In this document: one piece after another, positions 9,709 to 22,312 of the stretch
Layout: every line of letters begins with the position of its first letter
How positions within the stretch are numbered: the stretch's first letter is position 1
Source of the DNA: Paecilomyces variotii
Taxonomy: Eukaryota
Length of the DNA: 64,000 nucleotides
Assembly: GCA_004022145.1 (NCBI GenBank)
Contig: RCNU01000014.1
Strand: one strand, 5' to 3'
Position numbers and translations under genes: made by a program
The notes under the pieces: generated by a model
Databases searched by the model: none
What the model was told of the DNA's origin: nothing
The model's input: the letters and a program-made list of their open reading frames with translations, nothing else

Positions 9709-11000
9709 TATACTATGTAGATATAGATTGGAGTTTACTTTATATATAGAGAGAGAGTTTCGGTAGCAATCCTTGCCAGAGAATATTTCAGTTCCTCCTA
9801 TGTAAGTATTCGGTCTGACTATCTAGATCTAGATCTCCGCATACTTACGGGCCGGCCCGCTGCAATTTGATAGCGAACTAACTTTAACTTGAGAGAACCT
9901 ACCTAGGTAGATAGAACTTCTTTTCGGAGTGCGTGTCATACGAAAATCCAATTCAGATACACAGTAAGACACACCTCCTCGTCCCTGAATAGTTACTGTA
10001 TAGTTACCCCTCGAATCCAATGAACTCTGCATGATCCAGCAAATCATGTCACGGCGAGAACATATCTAGTTATAAAGAACACTAGAGTCTAGTAGAGTCT
10101 AGTATAGGCGTGAGCTCATTAATAAAACATTCAATGTTTTTCTAGAACCCTACATCATAGGCTAAGCCACGGTGCGTATTTTCCGCGAAACACACTCCGT
10201 GACGAGTAGTCTCAGCCACAGCCACAATACCCTTTAGATCTGTCCGGGTCAGTCACCCTGCAAGGGATGAGATCCGATCGAGATCCCATCCCGGAACTAT
10301 CACGCACGTGGTGAAGTTGTGTAACATTATTGCGGCTGGAATTTTCCTTGTTTTAGTAAAATGATATGACTTATTTACACTGCCAACGTGTCAAGTGGTG
10401 AGGGTTTTCGTGGTCGCAACGTCATTGTGACATCGATACCACGAGACTATCGAGGACATCAAAAGAATGATGGACGAATTAGATGATATTCGGGGAATTA
10501 GGTTCCCAGGGCGGATGTGGGGATAACGCTCATATTATATGTGCCATGGTCAAAGGTTAAGGTTCAGGGACAATTTCGGGTGCTTTATAGATTATCCAAA
10601 TTATATATAGTATAATACTAATATTTCGTTTATTTGGTTTGTTGTACACGAGCGACTAAGTAGGTAATAAGTGAGGTATCTATAAACGACCGGACTCTGG
10701 GTCTACCACTCCCAGTCGATCTTGCAACTCACACGAGTGCAAATATCATTTCGCGACTGGACGTGCCGTCATTCTCCATCGAGGCGATAAGGCCTCCAGG
10801 GAAGAGGCTGCGTCCAGCCAATCATTATCAATTGTAGTATGTCGTTGAAGCGAAAAAGCAAACACCAGTCATGCAGGTTTGGTATCGTAGAAATGATTAA
10901 TGGTATCGTTTCGGCCATAAACCGCGGGCCCACCAACATAGGGCTTCATCACATCTACCTCCACATTAAAATCTCCGTTTCACAACGCATGTCGATGCGT

Positions 11001-11803
11001 TCAGTAGCGGCCGTTGCCGTAGGCCGAGGTTCCGTAGCCGAACTTGCCACCGTTCTCAACTTCACCAGGAGTGGGGTGTCCAGGGAGAACATCGGCACCA
11101 TCAGCGACAGCGGGGGCGGCCTTGTTGCGGCGCCAGAAGGGACGACGAGTACCAGCAGTGTAGCCGTTAGCCGGGGAGGGACCGAAGCGCTTCTCACGCT
11201 TGTGGTGGCGAGCCAGACCGATCTGGAAAAGGATGCCAATCGTGAAGAGGAAGCTATTTGTCCCAAGTTAACAGCAGCTCACAGACGGGAAGCAGAAGGG
11301 AAGCCAACTTACATTCCAATGATGGAGACGGCGAAAACAGCCTTCTCGAGACGGCATGCCGTGGACAGCTTGGGGAAGTAGGTCGTCTCCTTTCCAGTAC
11401 CAATACCGAAGCCGCCCGCTCCGTAGCCTTCAGCCTTGGCGTTGGCCTGGCCAGTTCCCAACGGGGTGTGAACTGTTCCAGTGCATTTCTGGGTACCGTC
11501 GCGGGTGAGGACGGCGATGGCGATCATCACTCCGACAAAGGCAACATCCAGAACCACTGCCACACCAGCAAAGAAGGCAATTCCACCCAGGCAGCAGGTG
11601 AAGATAGAGCCCAGCAGCGCGTATAAGCAGGCTGCTCCCGACATACCTTCAACGGCTCTCATCCAGGTAGCGATGGTCATTTTATGGTCGGCCAGGACCG
11701 CCAAGAAGTAGGAGTAGATTCCCAGAATGACAGCCGCGGCACATAGTTGCAGGACCCGAATGAACAGGTTCAGAAAGCGTAGAATCACGCCGCCAGCACC
11801 CAT
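11001..11803 (-). CDS. MARVEL-like four-TM membrane protein; 2 exons
   Basis: MGAGGVILRFLNLFIRVLQL... with four hydrophobic segments. An intron after VSIIG continues into IFLFTIGILFQ...KRFGPSPANGY..., ending at TGA 11001-11003. Confidence 0.8.
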
Positions 11804-13854
11804 TTTGGCGGTTGTTGATGTTGTGATACTGCCACGTAGAACGACCAGGGATGACAGCACCGGTCGAAGAGGTCGAGATTCGAGATAAATTCAGGTACAA
11901 GCCCTATCAGGGGGATAAGGCCGGAAGTCGCGGATGTTGAGTAGTGGTAGAGATTGCGGTGAACCGGCAACAACAACGGTTTTAAAAAGAAAATCAGGCA
12001 CCCGGCAAAGGGAGAACCTGGAGTTTATACGGGTTGACGCTGGACCTGGAAAAAAGACTGCCTGGGCGGTGGACCGAGTGGGGAACAGTGGGGATGGCCG
12101 CCATGTTGATCGGCGGAGGTGGAGCAGTGTTTCTCTGTCTTGATTGGCTACTGAGCAGACAATGGGCACCTGATGGGGGGCGATTAACGGGTCTATATTC
12201 TGCTTATGTCCCATTCAGGACTAGCCCTGCAACCGAAGAGATGACCCTGCACATGATTGCGGGTCTCCGTGACGTCAAAGCGGCCGATAGAAGGTTTCCA
12301 GTAGCCAGAAAATCACCAAAACAGCAGGTCCTGTGGGCGCATCCCGCGCAAATCCTCAATTCTATTGGTGATACGCAGTCCATCGCTGCCCAAAAGGGAA
12401 TTGTTCCTTGTTAGTCATCCCAACCGGGCAAAAGTGAGTGGCTCCGTCGACTGCCGAACCACGGAACATTCTCGGTACTGCCACACTCGTGCCGCCAAAG
12501 CCACAACACAAACACGACTCAGCCACCTTCCCAGCCTCTGCCATGAAAAGAAAAGAACTTCCTTGACGCCAGAGGAGACAGGATACTACGATATGATAAG
12601 GTGCTCTTGTTAGCAGAAGAACTCTATTCATATCCTCAAGGTTCGACTGCTTTGTGAAGCCATGACATCTTTGAGTAGCCTAAATAAATCAGGTTCGGTG
12701 ACACAGACTCCCGCGCAAAGATTCAACAGTATATTCTCATCGTCCAACGCCTTAGATGATGACCTCATCGTTTCACAGACTGGAAGTCCTGGTTACGGTC
12801 GAGAAAGCCATTGCTGATAATATACATATCTCAAGTGCCACAGAGCGCTAAATCCATGTATAAGCCCTGAATCATACTTACAGAACTCATCGACGGTTGA
12901 CTAGCAAAGGCACGTACCTCGCCATAATGTGATGATGTTATATATAACTTCAACAAAATGCATATTCGAGATTCGTATTAGTAAGTCATTATGTCCGAAG
13001 TTGTATGGTTATATAGATGATACTATTTTGCATCCATACTCGAATAGAAAATCCATCTAATGGGCTCTCTCCTTCCTAGAGAAGACTCGTCAGATATATA
13101 CATTGATATAACCATCGTCGTCTTCGAGAGTCGGTCAACTAGCTGTCAAGGAGCGTCATCAGCAAGTAGCTGTTTGTATATTGTGTCGTCGCTTTTAATT
13201 TTTCTAACTTGAGGTGATTAGCTGCATGTTGAAAGTTTCCATGTCTGAGGCTACCGCAGAATACGTGTCCAGGAGTCCTGGGTGGCAATTAAGCATTGCG
13301 GGGAAAGAGGGTCCTCTGTGGGTCATGCAGCCGCGCAACACGAGCAGAATCAACTTTCTTAGGATTGTAGAGCTGGCGGAAAGAAACTACTCGAGTCTAT
13401 TCGACTGTTGTTGGGTATAAAATGGATTCAGGCTTGCCGTACGTCGGGTCTGGAGGTGAGATAATATCAGTTGGTCTTAGGGTAATACAGAAAATGGTGA
13501 GCTCTAACATTACAGAATCAGGAGACACATGGAAAAGAATTGCTAAGTAGTCTGTATTATTATGCTCGCTTAGCTGCCTTTGCCTTTACGCTCAAGGGAT
13601 ATCACAAACCAGAGCCAGAGGCAATAAACTGTTCACAATAGTAAAGCCAGTGGCCAAGTATAAAAACGAGCAGCCCTGTTATTGCGGTAGCCAGCATATT
13701 GTTCGATTGCAAGGGAACCAATATCTGCACACGCAGTCTGCACCTTCGGCCTGCCACTGGTATCGTAATGCTTTCCATTGTCCGCAGTTATAGAATTGCA
13801 ACAAGGTTAAACCTTCCAAGACCCCGGCCGAGTGACCCTATAAGGAGAGAATCT

Positions 13855-15258
13855 TCAACCTTGGACGTCTACCAAGATCTTGCAATGACCATCTCGATCT
13901 TTGATCAGTGCTTGGAATGCCTTCTCGTCGACTTCGTCTAGCTTGACCTTCCCTGTGATCATCTTTTCTGGTTTCAATTGCCCTGTGTGAGAGTTCCTGG
14001 TCAATCACTGATCTAGTTGAATACAGAGCTCTTCTGAAGGCTCACTCACCATGACACAAGGCTTGGATGACGTTTGTGAAGGCGCTCTCATCATATAGAG
14101 CAGCTCCAGTATATTTAATCTCTTTATACATCAGGTCATTCACATTGATATGGGGCCGTTTCTCCCACACGGCGACATTGACAATAGTTCCGTGAGTGCG
14201 GCATGCAAGGATGGCCGAGTTCAGTGCGCCTTCCACACCAGCGGCATCGAAGACAACATCTGCTCCAATGCCGTCTGTCAACTCTCTCACTTTCTGCGGG
14301 ATATCGACCTCCTTCGGGTCAAGAACATGCGTTGCACCAAACTCCCGCGAGAAGACCTTGCGGTTCTCCGTCACCTCGGCCACGATGATGTGTTTGGCGC
14401 CTTGCAGCTTGAGAACTTGCACAATGCCTATACCGATAGGGCCACCTCCGATGATAAACACGGAGTCGCCCATCTTGAACGGCGACAGATTGACTGCGTG
14501 CCATGCCACTGCCAGCGGCTCGATCAAGGCGGCAGTTTCCAGAGAGATGTCGTCGGGTAATGCATAGAAATGACCTCCCGGAGCGACTATGTGCTCCGAC
14601 ATGCCACCGCCAAAACCTAGGAACTTCTCAGCGGATTGTCCCTCGTACGGATTATCAACGCATCCTAAACTCACCACTCAGCCCGATAAACCCAATGTTC
14701 TCACAGCAGTACTGATATCCTTGTTTGCAGGATGCGCATGTCCCGTCGAAGATGGTAGGTCTCACAACTGCTTTCTGCCCGGGGGAGACATGCGTCACGC
14801 CTTCGCCTACTTCCTCGACAATGCCACCAAATTCATGGCCGATTGAGACCGGCAGACTCGTACCAGTGATGCCGTGCGGCTTGCCGGGGATTAATACGGG
14901 ACCCCCGCTGTATTCGTGGAGATCTGTCGCCGTATAAGCAATTGTTTGGCCTGTCGACTAAGTAAGTGGTATGAACTCACCGCTACCGCAGACTCCAACA
15001 AAAGCTGGTCTCAACTGTTTGGGCACGAACTCAGTCAGCACGGCACGACCAGGATTAGTACACTGCCGGATATACCTTCACTTGGCCTTTTCCACACGTA
15101 GGCTCCTCAATTGTATCCACGCGGACGTCACCACGGCCATGGAAACGGACGGATCTCATTGTCGGTGATGACTTGAGTTTCGTAAGGAACGACTCCCCCT
15201 TGGTCATCGGTAGCCGAACGCTGGTCTGCTCCGCAGTAACGGATCCTGAAGGGGTCAT
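13855..15258 (-). CDS. Zinc-dependent medium-chain dehydrogenase, (2R,3R)-butanediol dehydrogenase-like (alternative start at 15159); multi-exon
   Basis: MRSVRFHGRGDVR, spliced GVCGSDLHEY, GHEFGG, LIEPLAVAWHA, GGGPIG NAD-binding motif and C-terminal HCKILVDV. Confidence 0.88.
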
Positions 15259-15984
15259 GTTGGAAAAAGCTCTAGCATTGGATTTTGCTTGCTAAGACGA
15301 ATAGACAATATATCCATTGCTACACATATGGGAATCCGAAACTTAGCATCCATCGCTTTTATATGCTTCAGATAACAGCTGCCGTGGCGACCCATGGAGT
15401 GCCATGGCCAAAATGATGGTGAAAAGCGAGCAAGTAGAATGTTACTTTGTTAGCCAGGCAAGACAGCTTGCCCCGGCCACGCAAGCCCGGTCATCGCTTC
15501 TCGAACGAATAGAACGTACGGCATCTTGTCACGAGAACAGCTTCAGGGTGTTTCACTGACGCTAGCCTGATGCCATAAGGGAGTTTCCAGCCTTGGATCT
15601 AACCCATGCTAGTCCCTGCAACGTTATCGGAAAAGATAGCCCTTGTTCGCAGACTCAACTTTCCCCACAAAACGCGATGTAGATCATGGCGTCACTGGTG
15701 TCATCAACCTCGACATCAGTGGACGTTGAGGCCTTGTACAACCAGTGGAAAAGAAGAAACGAGCTCAGTCAGACTGGAGAAATCTACCGGCGTGAGAGTA
15801 TGCTCGTCGAGCACTGGGCGTTGGAAGCATGGGGTAGATCCGCAAGTGCCCCGGAATAACCAAAGCCAGTAATAATACTCTGTCAGGATCCGAGCACGCG
15901 GCGAACATGATAGCATAGCCATCGTGCGTATTGTCGGATTCTGTGTACAGAGTACCATTTACTGCCAAGCCGGAAATACGATGC

Positions 15985-16578
15985 TTATCTGATTTCTGCC
16001 TCTCGGGTGGCAGCCTCGCGCTGTTGATCGACAAAAGCACGCAGGATCGATTCCAGGCCTTCGTTACGGCGCGTAAGCAGCATCACATCCGCAACATTGA
16101 TGGTCGAGCGGCCGGCATGTCTAGAATAGGAAATCCGATCGTCAGTCTCCCGACCCGCCAATGATATATCAAATTGCGGCTAAAAAGACAGCACAAAGAA
16201 GCTGGCGTTACTCACTTTGCGAAGGATTCCAAATCTTGGCTCACCGTCTCTGTAGAATCATCGCGTTCAGTCTGACTGTCTCATGAACGCTCTCTGATGC
16301 AATCTCTTCTCCCCAAATAGGAGCGAGATTAATGAAATAAGAATCAGCGTGCACGTACCTATCTGTGCCCAGACCATTTCAGTCAAAGCTCCGATGAACT
16401 GTGGCGTTGCATTAACTCCCAGCTTGATGGTCTCCTCGTCCACGATCTTGCCGATAGAGAGCCAGAGAGCGGACTTGAGACGCTGGTACATGTCAGCAGG
16501 CGGGCGGCAGGAGGAAAGAAAAAGAAACCCGTAGCATACCTCCTCGAGACCGACATCTTCATTCTGTTCTGAGGCCAT
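15985..16578 (-). CDS. MHF1: CENP-S/MHF1 histone-fold protein; 4 exons
   Basis: Spliced product MASEQNEDVGLEE-RLKSALWLSIGKIVDEETIKLGVNATPQFIGALTEMVWAQI-ETVSQDLESFAK-HAGRSTINVADVMLLTRRNEGL, ending at TAA 15985-15987. Confidence 0.9.
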
Positions 16579-16672
16579 TGTATCCTCTCTCAACTGGATT
16601 ACAACTGTTATTTCTGCTCTGAATTGTAGAGATAGAGAGGGAACTTCCAACACTCGCAATAATCGATATGAA

Positions 16673-16716
16673 GACGCGCCCGCGTTGTTCTTCCCTCTGA
16701 TTGGCTATCAACGCGT
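16673..16716. promoter_or_regulatory. MCB-like cell-cycle boxes plus a CCAAT box in the MHF1/PGA2-like divergent promoter
   Basis: GACGCGCCCGCGTT at 16673-16686, ATTGG at 16700-16704 and a perfect ACGCGT at 16711-16716. Confidence 0.45.
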
Positions 16717-17121
16717 TCCTTGGATAAACAATATTCCGGATAATCACCACGCTAAACCTCAAATGGACATGACAATTGAGAATTACCGTAGTTTAATTGC
16801 TGGCTTTATCTACGAGGACTTGTCAACAGCGGGTCTTTCGTACAATCGTTTCGAAAAGAGACTTCAATTCTTTAATCCCAGCCTCTGTGTTTTGCAAGAA
16901 TAGCATTGCTCTCATTCTCCTGTCTTCCTACATCCTTCCAGATTCACCATCGGAGCTTCCGCGGAGAACCGCCAGAAAGAGAGAAAAAAAAGCACACAAC
17001 TGTCAAAACATATCCAACTACATCTCGAACCTCCTAGTTCGCAGCTACGGCAATCCAGAGAATCCTGAAGCGGGAGAGGAAAAAACAAGGATAGAGACGA
17101 TAATTAATCACAATCCACAAA

Positions 17122-17664
17122 ATGGCGGACACCTACACACCCCCCACGGCCTCTGAGCTCCTGACCGACTTCTTCAACCAGCTCCTCGGCGGCGTGGAGA
17201 ACTACTTCGCCAATTTCTACAAGAACTTTACTTCCATTTCAGCCAAGCGCTGGATCCGCATGGGTGTCATCGTCGGCGCGTACCTCCTCGTCGTCCGCCC
17301 TTTGGTCGACATGTTCTTCCGCTGGTCATTCGACAAGAAGCAAGCCAAGGAAAAGAAGAAGAGGGAGGAGGACCAGGCTGCATTTGGCGCGGACGGGAAG
17401 ACAGCGAAGATGTCACCGAACTCATTGCGGGGACCGGGAAAGGTGCTGGGAGAAGTCGAGACGGATGATGAGGATACGGTCAAGGGACAGGGCAAGGATA
17501 CGGGAAAGGCTACGGGTGTGCCTGAGTTGGGCAAGGGCGCCAGGAAGCGACAGAAGAAGCAGATGAAGGAGGCAGAGAAGAGTGCAGGTGCAACGATGGA
17601 GGGAATGACTGAGGAGGAGCTGTTGGAATTGTTGGACTGGAGTGAGTCCGATGAGGAGAAATGA
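17122..17664 (+). CDS. PGA2/DUF1531-like ER trafficking membrane protein (180 aa)
   Basis: Single TM segment KRWIRMGVIVGAYLLVVRP, a charged region containing GKGARKRQKK, and an acidic tail ending LLDWSESDEEK. Confidence 0.7.
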   Translation: MADTYTPPTASELLTDFFNQLLGGVENYFANFYKNFTSISAKRWIRMGVIVGAYLLVVRPLVDMFFRWSFDKKQAKEKKKREEDQAAFGADGKTAKMSPNSLRGPGKVLGEVETDDEDTVKGQGKDTGKATGVPELGKGARKRQKKQMKEAEKSAGATMEGMTEEELLELLDWSESDEEK

Positions 17665-18149
17665 ATCAAAGTATAATCGCTATGAGGACTGGGGTGGCTT
17701 TGGTTGATTATTTTTGCTCCTTTTCTTTTCTAAGACTCTGGAAGGGACTTTTTTTCGCTTATGTTTTAATTATATGCGGATACCGGTCCGACAGACCAGT
17801 CGGTGTATTATGATAGAAGTGTTGGTGTCTCAGGGGATATGTTTTAGGTTGTTTTATGATACCTAACTAGTAATAGAACGTGCCGCAGTAGTTGCTTGTG
17901 ACTGCGGGCGTCAATTTATCTGTATACTATATAATTTACCGCAAAATTATAGAAAAGCTGTAGCTTCCTGCACTGGCGGATCCCGAGAGATCTGGTACAC
18001 AAATCCACTATGGCGGCATTATGCCTCATGTCTTTAATATTCCGATAATCTTTATAAATTCTAGGGCCCTTTGTATAACGGCGTTTTCCGACATCCATCG
18101 TCAATACGTAACATAGACTCCGTAGCAGAGGCTCGCTAGAAAGACTGCT

Positions 18150-21100
18150 CTAATGCAACCTCCTCAGAGCCTCTATTGTCGCCTTCACGCCTTCTACGTC
18201 GACCTCACCACCGAGGAAGCCCACTATCTCCTCCTGGATCTGGGGTTCGCAGCTCAGGAATCGCTCGATTAGCTCACCATCCACGAACCGGAACGGCTCT
18301 TCCGCTTCGCGCACGGCACTCCGGAAAGCGCGGAACTTGTTGAACGGCATGTTCCCAAGAGAGTCGACATACGCGGCAATATAGCCCTGCAGACGCATAA
18401 GGAAATCTTGGTGATCGGGATTGATCAACGCAAAGAGGTAGATCGAGCCTTCGACCTGTTGGGTGATTCTACGTTAGTTATCCAATAATATCTTTAGAGG
18501 CGACAGTGAGAATCTTACCGTGGCTAAGAAAGCCTTCGGCGTCACCGTCACACTTGCCAAGTGCGGGATGTTCACCGGTCGGATTCGGTTGACCATCTCT
18601 CCCAAGGATACTTCACTGGTTACCTCCAGTCGTCTCTTATCATCCTCCGTGACGCCGTTGACATTCCGGCGAAGGACGATGAGATTACCCTCTGCGTCGC
18701 TCTCCAGGAAGGTGTTCTCTTCGACATTAGCAACAGCAGTGGCCCAGACGGTCTGGAAGTGACGCGCCACTTCATTCAACGAGTCTGGGAGGCCGTTGTC
18801 TCCCTCTTTATACTCTACGATGGAGACACTCTTCATCAAATCTGACACGGCAATCAAATTTCCGGTTACCGAGATGTCAATAGGAGCGGTTGAAGTGCGA
18901 TAGGTAGCTGCCTTTTCCAGCTTCACCGCGCCGAAGCTGCCGGTAACAACGTTATAAACGACAACCTAGAACCGATTAGAATGATCCAGCGCCTGTGTGT
19001 GGGGATACTCACCGTCTTGACAAGAGCAGCCACAATCTTTTCTCCGAGCATGGCTAGAGCTCTGCAGGCTCCCTTAACCGGAAGCTCGGCGACCTGCGTC
19101 AACATTCGGTTCTTGTCCACTTCGAAGACCAATATCCGTCCCCGAATAGAGTCCTCTTGCTCTTCATCCAAATATGCGGTACCAACAATAAATCGGTCCT
19201 GGAACGTATCTTTGCCTGCTGCGTCCTTTCCAGCTGGGAATTCTGCGCGAATCACGCTTTCCACAAGTTCGTCCTTCTTCAAGTCTACTGCATCAAGCGT
19301 TCGGAACATAATCTCATCTGCAAGCACGAACTGGCTTTCGACGATTTCCACTCCATCTTTCAAAGTCCGTTTGATCGTACCAATTCCGAAAGCTTTCTCT
19401 GAAGGAGAGTACGCCACTCTGCGGACAGTGGCATTCACGGGCAATGTCTGTATCTGGGTTGTCCTTTCTTTGTCAACTAGGGCGATCCTTAGATCACGGG
19501 GCGTAGCGACAGCTATGGACTCTGGATACGCCTCGGAGTTAAAGTGACAAATTCTCGAGGCGCCCTCAGAGTTCACCGCAGAGTATATAATCCTGCCCTC
19601 AGATCCATAGATCAAGCTTGGATGCTCGCACGTAGCGAATACGTTGTACAAACCGTCACCGCGTGGGAGCTTCTTGAATGTAGGCTGCTCTGAACCGAGG
19701 ATCAACGTGTTTCTTCCCGTAAGCGAGTAATCTGTCGTATTAAATGAGAAAGTGATGACGCTGCCATCTGCCATAGAGATGAAAAGCGTAGGCGGGCTGT
19801 CTGCAAGAACATCGGCCACAAGGACAGACCGCGGGAAAGCCTCGCCAGTCGGTCCCAGGGATTGAGTCTGCAATTCTTCGAGATCCCTAAGAGCCAGTAC
19901 CGAAACACTCGCACTTTGAGGGAAGCCCACAATGCATACTTCCGCAGGGGAGGAAGGTACAGTAACACCCGATATCTGGCTATCCGCCCCAAAGTCTTTC
20001 TGGATGATGACCTTGATATCATCCTTGATATGAAGAACAGACAGCACCTGGCCTCCAGTTACGAGGACCAAGTGCTCGTCATTCACAGATGCGGCCGTGA
20101 TTGCCTGTTGGCTTGGTGGAGACCACTGAGAGATAACCATGCCACCATCGGCATCTGCTATTAGTACGTTATGTTCTGTCACCTGCACAATCCGGTCCTT
20201 TGGTAGATTAGCTGCGAGCAAGGTATTCTCCGACAGACTCAGCCCTAGGAATTGTTCCAGCTCTTCAACCTCTCCATCTGGGCTGAACTTGAAGACTCTC
20301 GTTTCGTCGACAAAGGTCACCAGGAGGGTATCCGAAAAGGGCTCCGGGCTCGAGGTTCGCAGAGCCCAGAGATCGGTGACATGTTCCATTTCACCAAGCA
20401 GGCCGAGTTCCTCCATACCGACGCCACTCCTAACGCTACGGAGTGTGCCGTCATCAAACGCGCCAGAACCAGTGATAATCCGTGCTTGACCTGAGGAGAA
20501 CTCCTGCATCTGAGTTTCTCCCGAGCGATTTCCAAGGTCCATAAGAGTGAAATCCAAAATGGGTGCAATGTTTGAGAACGTCTGGATGACTTCAAACGAA
20601 CCATCGCCGATCCTGATGACCTGGGAGTCACCATGATGGGATCCAACGAAGGTCACTCCCGCACCAAGATACACCAGCACGGATGCACGAGACGTCTTTC
20701 CCAGATAGTCCAGCTTCCAACTCTCGACTTCATTATCAGGGTCCAAAACTAACATCAGGAAATAGAGTCTGCCATAGTCGTCTGCCAACAGCCATCTCTG
20801 GCCATCGACCTGTTCCCATGCCACGAATATGGTGGCTTCTTCCAGGGGCCGAGAAATTGTCTCATTACTCGCATCGTCGATGTACTTAATCGATGTCTCC
20901 CCGAGAATCAACAGACCGCCTGAGAACGTTAGCTTCCTGATCGTGTAATTATAGCTTCTTGTCAGCATACCTAGGGGAGCCGGAACTGGAATCAGATGAG
21001 AAGCTCCGAGGTCGAGCTCCTGTGCAAAGACCTCGACCTCTTCAAAGGTCGCGTCTGCACCAGTACTCGAGGTCGCCGCGTTGAAATGGAGTTCCCGGAC

Positions 21101-21812
21101 CTTCAACTTCACTCTTCGCTGATTATCTTCGTGTAGCAGAGCCAACCGCGGCAGGCCCTTTGATTCCACATGCAAGAAAGCAGACGAGCGCACGAATAGC
21201 TCATCGATTCTTGCCGTTGTCGGCTCAGCCAAGTCTCCCACCCGCGGTGCATCCGCACTATTCGTCCAAGCAGGCCTCCCTCTCTTCTTCCCGGGCACCT
21301 GTACAATAGGAATAACTGTGATCACTCCTTCGTATATCTCTAGCGTCATAAACCTTCCACTCGGGTCGATCAAGCATCGGTTTCCAGTCTGCGAATCTCG
21401 AGACGACTTGTCCGCTAAGTCGACATAGCTCTTCTCCGTCTGAACCTTTCCTGAAGCATTGTCCCAAGATAGTGTAAAGTATGTATACTGATCAGTACCG
21501 ACGAAGAGGTGGTCCGTTGGAGAATCTGCCGGTGCAGGTAACCGAGCGAGCATCGTCACCTTTGCATAGAGAGCGCGCGATGTCGCCAGAGTGAGGCCAT
21601 CAGGAGTGAGTGTGTAGAATTCGAGACGGTTCGCTTTTCTATGTCAGAAGTCAGATGTCGCTCAGCTCACAAGTAGACAAAACCGCATGGGTTGAAACGC
21701 GGGCCAGCAAGACGTACGCAACTACCAGACAGTCCTCCTCAGGGTTAAGGAATTGCAGCTTCACCGCATGGCGAATGCTGCTTGCCCGGTGAACGGGCAC
21801 CACATACGCCAT
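18150..21812 (-). CDS. DDB1: DNA damage-binding protein 1 (CUL4 adaptor); multi-exon
   Basis: MAYVVPVHRASS start, DPSGRFMTL, GSHHGDSQ, NIAPILDF, GSGAFDDGTLRSVRSGVG, DRFIVGTAY, VSDLMKSVSIV and RFVDGELIERFL...LRRLH. Confidence 0.95.
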
Positions 21813-22312
21813 CGCAGCACACTCTCTGTCCCTCAATTCCTAGCAATGCGAGATGTTGGTCCAAGCTCTAGTTATCGACAAGCCACACTGCGGGGAGATC
21901 ACGATCAATGGGGATAAGAACTTCAACGGTAGTAACCTCGAAAAGAAAGCTCGAGGCACTCCGTGCTAACCATTTCAGAGTGCCGTCGACAGAGTAGAAG
22001 CGTGCTGTATTGTCAGCGGAGTGCGGAGGAAGATAGATGTTTCGGCAGCCGATGGTTCTGCAAAGCGCCAATGACGACGTCCCCGCGACCGCTTACCAAC
22101 GCCGATAGAAGAAAACCGAACTGAGCGCCGACTGGGACAGAATGCATTCACAACAACAGATGACTGCATCCAATATGCTTTTTGCGCGGATAAGCCTTGA
22201 AACAAAGGCGCATCGACAGGAGTCTCTACTCATGAATTCTGATTCGTTGATGTCTGTTGAATCGTACACAGGCATTCCTGATGATGATTATCTTGCATGT
22301 ATGACAGGCTAT

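Noticed and set aside
10375-10386. TTAC-N7-A match near the accessory/core transition, resembling a reported Starship target motif
   Set aside because: A motif with 5 fixed bases occurs about once per kb by chance, and no captain gene or second boundary is visible.
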